A DNA stretch of 57,505 nt, filler included, from Jimgerdemannia flammicorona (lineage: Eukaryota), in NCBI GenBank assembly GCA_003990765.1. It is 2 parts of 2 records of this genome, joined end to end, with 100 filler letters (N's around TTAATTAATTAA, not from the genome) between each part and the next. Parts side by side here need not be neighbours in the genome. Positions count along the whole stretch, not along the records: positions 28,812 to 57,505 come from RBNJ01000545.1; 1 more part is not named here. The stretch is one strand, 5' to 3'. This document shows, piece after piece, positions 52,880-57,505 of this stretch; within the stretch, counting starts at the first letter, position 1, and every line of letters starts with the position of its first letter. The position numbers were made by a program, and so were the translations under genes. The notes under the pieces are model-generated. The model worked only from the letters and a program-made list of their open reading frames with translations, did no database searches and had not been told where the DNA came from.

Positions 52880-55800
52880 AGTACTGAATTCAGATAGGCT
52901 ACTGATGTATAGTTTACAAGACATTCTGGGCTTACTCAAGGAGAGGTGGAGCAGTTTGTGGAGTGAGAAGGAGGGTGGGGCAATGGCCACTACTATTGCA
53001 CATACTTTGGAGAATTGGCATCTACTATAAGTAGATGGGCTGGATAGTTTGGTGATGCTAGTTCAGAAGGAGGAAATTTACCAGGTTCTTATCATAACTA
53101 TACTGAGCATAGTATCTAGTGAGGATGGCTGTCCTGGAACTTTTGGAAGAGGATGCTGGGAGTATCTGGGGTACTGGGAGAGATGATGATAATGTGTGAT
53201 TTAGTACTACACTCAGAGAGGTGGGTGGGGGAATAAGATCTGAGACTGGTAGTACTGCTTTATAAGGATAAGAGTAGAAGGAAGAACTGGAAGAATTGGT
53301 AGCCCATCATGCTTCTGGATATAGACAGGAAGTTGGTCACTAAGGTAGTAGTAGAAAGACTATAGAAGGTGGTCTAGTAAGTTTTGGGTGAGGAGTAGTA
53401 AGGGTTTGTAAGGAGCTGGCTCATTAAAGATGATATGGCCTAGGTGTATGATATTATTGAAGAGACTTGAGCCTGTAGACTAAATGAGAGGCTGGTCTTC
53501 GCTCCTTTCTCTGCTACCTTACCGGTCACAAGGTTTGGTAGGTGACCTTCCAAGTCCCCTTTCCCCTATTATTACCCCCTCTACCTCGGGTTGGTTTGCT
53601 GTGCCTGCAGGGGCATGGTGGGAGGAAGGCAATGGTGATGAGTTGCCTCTTTATCAGTGTCGGATCAGTGCTTCCTCCACTTTTTCACAGATTCTGGTGC
53701 CTTCAGCTGTATCTGAGGTGTATCTGTTTTGGTGTGGTACCTTCTTCCTTTTGCCATCGCCAACAAGGAGTTGTCTTGGTATATCTCGGACTACATAGGG
53801 AGTTGGCTGACCTTGGATATCAAGTGCTCAGTATAGGTTACTTGCAGATCCTCGGTGCCTGTAGTGGGGCTCTCTGGCTTTGGTGAGCTTCCCGGCAAGC
53901 ATGGTTCTGGCGTAGGTGACTGCTTTTCAGGTATTGTCAGGATGGGAGGAGAGATAGCCATCACAGATAGAAGGAAGGATGATTATAGTGAACCAGTAGA
54001 GTGCCAGGCTGGGGGCGGTTGTCGGGGCTGGGGCAGGTACTGCTTCGGTAGGGTCTTTTGATTAGTGCAGCATAGTTAGGTGGTAGGTGTCACTATCGAC
54101 TTCTTTTGGCGGTCAGCAGGGTTGGGCCCCAGTTGTCAGGGAGGGTCAGGAGGCCCAAGGCTATCTATTTCAGGTGTCTTGGCTGTACTCAACTGGAACT
54201 GGGAGCTGATATGGCAATGTGATCGAGGCCTGCAGGCTTGAGTAATGGGGTATTGGGGGTTTCCTCCCACCTCACATGTAAGTTCTTTACTCACCTCAAC
54301 TAGGAGAACCAGGTCCTACCCACCATGTTATGCTTTGATGAAAGTTTTTTCTTTACCTATCATTCTCTTTGGGGTGGTAGGGGCTTTTCTATTTGGCTCA
54401 GACATGGCCTTATACATACGTTGGGTTCTCAGGCATGCACTTTCGGTTATTGGTGTATGGTTGGGTTTCTCCTGGTAGTAGGGAGAGCATGGTGTGCAGA
54501 TTGAGGTATGGGCCTATCAGCCCTGCTGCACCTGGCATGGTCAAGCTGCTGGACAATAGCTAGCCTAGGTTAATAGGGGGGCAGTGCTTGGTGGGTAGTG
54601 GGGGAGGGTTTTGGCCTATATAGTCTAGGTTCTCTTCCAATAAAAATCCATGGGACATAAGTCTGTTAAAAAAAAAAAAAAAAAAAAAAGAGAGGCTGGT
54701 CTTCTTGGATCAGAAGAAAGCTTATGACTATATAAGGTAAGTCTGACTAGTAAAGGTTCTGGACAAGATTGGTATCTCTCAGTAGTTTCAAGTAACAATA
54801 ATCAGCCTACTAAAAAGGAGTCATACAGTACTCATATATAATGAACATAAAGGAGTAGCATTCTCTCTAGAGAGAGGTATACTCCAGAGGGACCTCCTGT
54901 CTCTGATTTTATATACTCTGTTCTTGGAGCTATTAATGAATAGGATTCAGTAGAAGATAGAGGGGCTCTCTATTTTTGGCATTGTTTGGAAGATAGGAGT
55001 TTGTAGGTAATATGGTAGTCAGTCTGGAGTTAATTGCTAATATCAAGGAACTTCAGAAAACAGTGGAGTAGTATGAGGTGCTCTCTGGGGCTAAACTTAA
55101 CTAGTATAAGTATGAAGTGATAGTATTAGATAATAGTCTAATAGGAGGGAATATCATTGAAACAATTGTCTCTGCTAGAGAGACTGTGAGATACTTGGGT
55201 ATTTATCTTTCTATATATAGATCAGTCCTGATATATACTTAGTAAGAGTGATGAGTAACTATCTGGGGGGAGGTTCTGAGAGGTTGGAGAGACTGCCAAC
55301 TGTCTTTAGCAAGACACATTACAATTTTGAATATTTACTGGCTACTGAAGTTGTGATATTTGGTATATTATCTAGACTTTCTAATCTGGATAGTAAAAAG
55401 ACTATTGAAGCTAGTAAAAGATTAGATCTGGGCTAGACAGAGGAGTCAGATTAGCTGGGAAATCTTATTATTACCAGTAGCTAGAGGGGGCCTTAGGCTA
55501 GTGGACTTTCTGAAGAGGCTATATTATCTGTAAGTATAGTGACTGAAGAGAGCAGTGAAACTAAGAAGTAGTAGCTGGGTTCCTCTGATAAAGAAGATCT
55601 GGGAGATATGATGCTCACTAAGAGGAGTAACTAGAGATTTACTGTCCTTGGTTGAGCTTACTAATAGGGAGTGAATGAGATATAAGAGCTTCTAGTAGAG
55701 AGTAGTAGATGGGGTTCACTACATAGAGATTCATTGGCAGGAGGATGAAAGAGAGGTGTCTTAGGGCTTAACAATATAGAGTTGAGATCAAGTATTACTA

Positions 55801-56389
55801 GGGGGTACTCCTCTTATAGACTTTGATATTGGTGATAGAGTAGAGTACCAGAGGGAGATGAGACAGAATATATGGTCTAGCAGCTAGCAGATGGCAGGAA
55901 TTGAAGAGAAGTATGACTAGAATGAAGTCTGGGCATAGAGTGCAGTAATAAGGCAATAGCTACTATCTAAGTACTGGGTAATTTAGTAGTACATACTGTG
56001 GAGGAATATTATACTCAACTTTTGCTCAGGCCACCTTATAGAGAGAGAGGACTTTGATTGTGAGAAGTGCTATAATGTAGGACAGAAAGGGAAATTTGTG
56101 CAGACACTAGAATATTGGCAAGATACTTGGAGACTTTTGGTTAGTAGTTGGGAATAGGTTAGATATGGAGTATAGAGGGGATAGAGAGTGGGGTCAGTGG
56201 AAAGATCTGAGAGATAGATTGGTAGGGGGAGTGGAGAGGAAGTGGCTGACTTTGGGTTGAGTATTAGTAGTATAAATGGGACTAGCAGGTCACTGACTAT
56301 TTGTATTTGAGGATAGAAAGCATTTGAGTTTAGGGAAGTAGTTAGCAAGATGAGAAGAATTGATGGAGGATATATTGATAGATTGTACA
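52880..56389 (+). mobile_element. Decayed non-LTR retrotransposon ORF2 (L1/Tx1-like RT)
   Basis: VLLYKDK..KNW.PIMLLDIDRKLVTK..GFV; LVFLDQKKAYD (split by the SINE); GILQRDLLSLILYTL; VRYLGI; GGL.LVD. Confidence 0.85.
53501..54689 (+). mobile_element. Full-length poly(A)-tailed SINE-like element
   Basis: 15-bp TSD gagaggctggtcttc at 53486-53500 and 54690-54704; AATAAA shortly before a 22-nt poly(A). Confidence 0.94.
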
Positions 56390-57505
56390 CTCCTTTCTCT
56401 GCTATCTTACCGGTCACAAGGTTTGGTAGGCGACCTTCCGAGTCCCCTTTCCCCTAATATTACCCCCTCTACCTCGGGTTGGTTTGCTGTGCCTGCAGGG
56501 GCATGGTGGGAGGAGGGCAATGGTGATGAGTTGCCCCTTTATCAGTGTCGGATCGGTGCTTCCTCCACTTTTTCGTGGATTCTGGTGCCTTCAGCTGCAT
56601 CTGGGGTGTACCCGTTTTGGTGCGGCGCCTTCTTCCTTTTGCCGTTGCCAACAAGGAGTTGTCTCGGTGTGTCTCGGGCTACGTAGGGAGTCGGCTGACC
56701 TTGGGTGTCAAGTGCTCAGTGTAGGTTACCTGCAGGTCCTCGGTGCCTGTGGTGGGGCCCTCTGGCTTTGGTGAGCTTCCCGGTGAGCATGGTTCTGGCA
56801 TAGGTGACTGCTTTTCAGGTGTTGTCGGGATGGGAGGGGAGATGGCCGTCACAGATAGGTGGAAGGGTGATTACGGTGAACCAGTAGGGTGCCAGGCTGG
56901 GGGCGGTCATCGGGGCTGGGGCAGGTGCTGCTTCGGTGGGGCCTTTTGATTGGTGCGGCGTGGTTAGGTGGTAGGTGTCACTCTCGGCTTCTTTTAGCAG
57001 GTAGCGGGGTGAGGCCCCAGTCGTCAGGGGGGGTCGGGGGGCCCGAGGCTACCCATTTCAGGCGTCTTGGCTACACTCAACTGGAACCGGGAGCTGACAT
57101 AGCAACGTGATCGAGGCCCGCAGGCTTGAGTAGTGGGGTATTGGGGGTTTCCTCCTGCCTCACATGTAAGTTCTTTACTCACCTCGACTGAGAGAACCAG
57201 GCCCTACCCACCGTGTTGTGCTTTGATGAGGGTTTTTTCTTTGCCTGTCATTCTCTTTGGGGTGGCAGGGGCTATTCTATTCGACTCGGGCGTGGCCTTG
57301 TACATATGTTGGGTTCTCAGGTATGTGCTTTCGGTCATTGGCGTATGGTTGGGTTTCCCCTGATGGTAGGGAGAGCATGGTGCGCAGAATGAGGTGTAGG
57401 CTTATCAGCCCTGCTGCGTCTGGTATGGTCGAGCTGCTGGACAATAGCTAGCCTAGGTTAATGGGGGGGCAGTGCTTGGTGGGTGGTGGGGGAGGGTTTT
57501 GGCCT
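56390..57505 (+). mobile_element. SINE-like element, young copy running off the window end
   Basis: Colinear with 53501-54615 and retains many CpG sites. Confidence 0.92.

Noticed and set aside
56390..56480. HDV-like ribozyme or tRNA head at the SINE 5' end
   Set aside because: Only a simple CTACC/GGTAG-type hairpin is evident; I could not build the nested pseudoknot or A/B boxes by eye
56360..57451. Many short ORFs in the SINE-like element
   Set aside because: Expected in GC-rich sequence; short, in several frames, with no domain beyond a possible L1 C-terminal trace
56390..57505. SINE as the native 3' UTR of the adjacent LINE
   Set aside because: The LINE is heavily decayed while this copy retains CpG, and other copies start at the same base in unrelated contexts

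Overview
A eukaryotic, most likely fungal, transposon graveyard with no recognisable host gene. An early-diverging fungus is my inference and is not demonstrated. In order: a decayed Ngaro/DIRS tyrosine-recombinase retroelement (1-5360) with a foldback insert; Ty3/gypsy family A copy 1 (6125-12804); a Ty1/copia element (13252-18507); Ty3/gypsy family C (19308-28694); an artificial scaffold gap; long solo or partial LTRs of a chromovirus (family D; 30345-33604, 34985-36997, 39238-40712); a Tc1 remnant; family A copy 2 (37794-45962); the chromovirus body and 3' LTR (47340-52870); a hAT-type MITE; an L1/Tx1-like LINE remnant; and four copies of a ~1.19 kb poly(A)-tailed SINE-like element. Everything is eroded by C>T/G>A hypermutation of graded intensity. 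The most interesting signal is a 'complex' gypsy architecture. Families A and C read as three overlapping cistrons: [gag-AT hook-PR-Zn motif-dUTPase-RT-RNaseH], a stand-alone integrase with its own ATG overlapping the upstream stop, and an unknown ORF3. A homologue of ORF3 sits entirely inside the U3 of the family D LTR. The A and C LTRs carry arrays of 19-bp palindromes, and their core changes in concert between the two A subfamilies. This suggests, as a hypothesis only, an element-encoded regulator and operator system.
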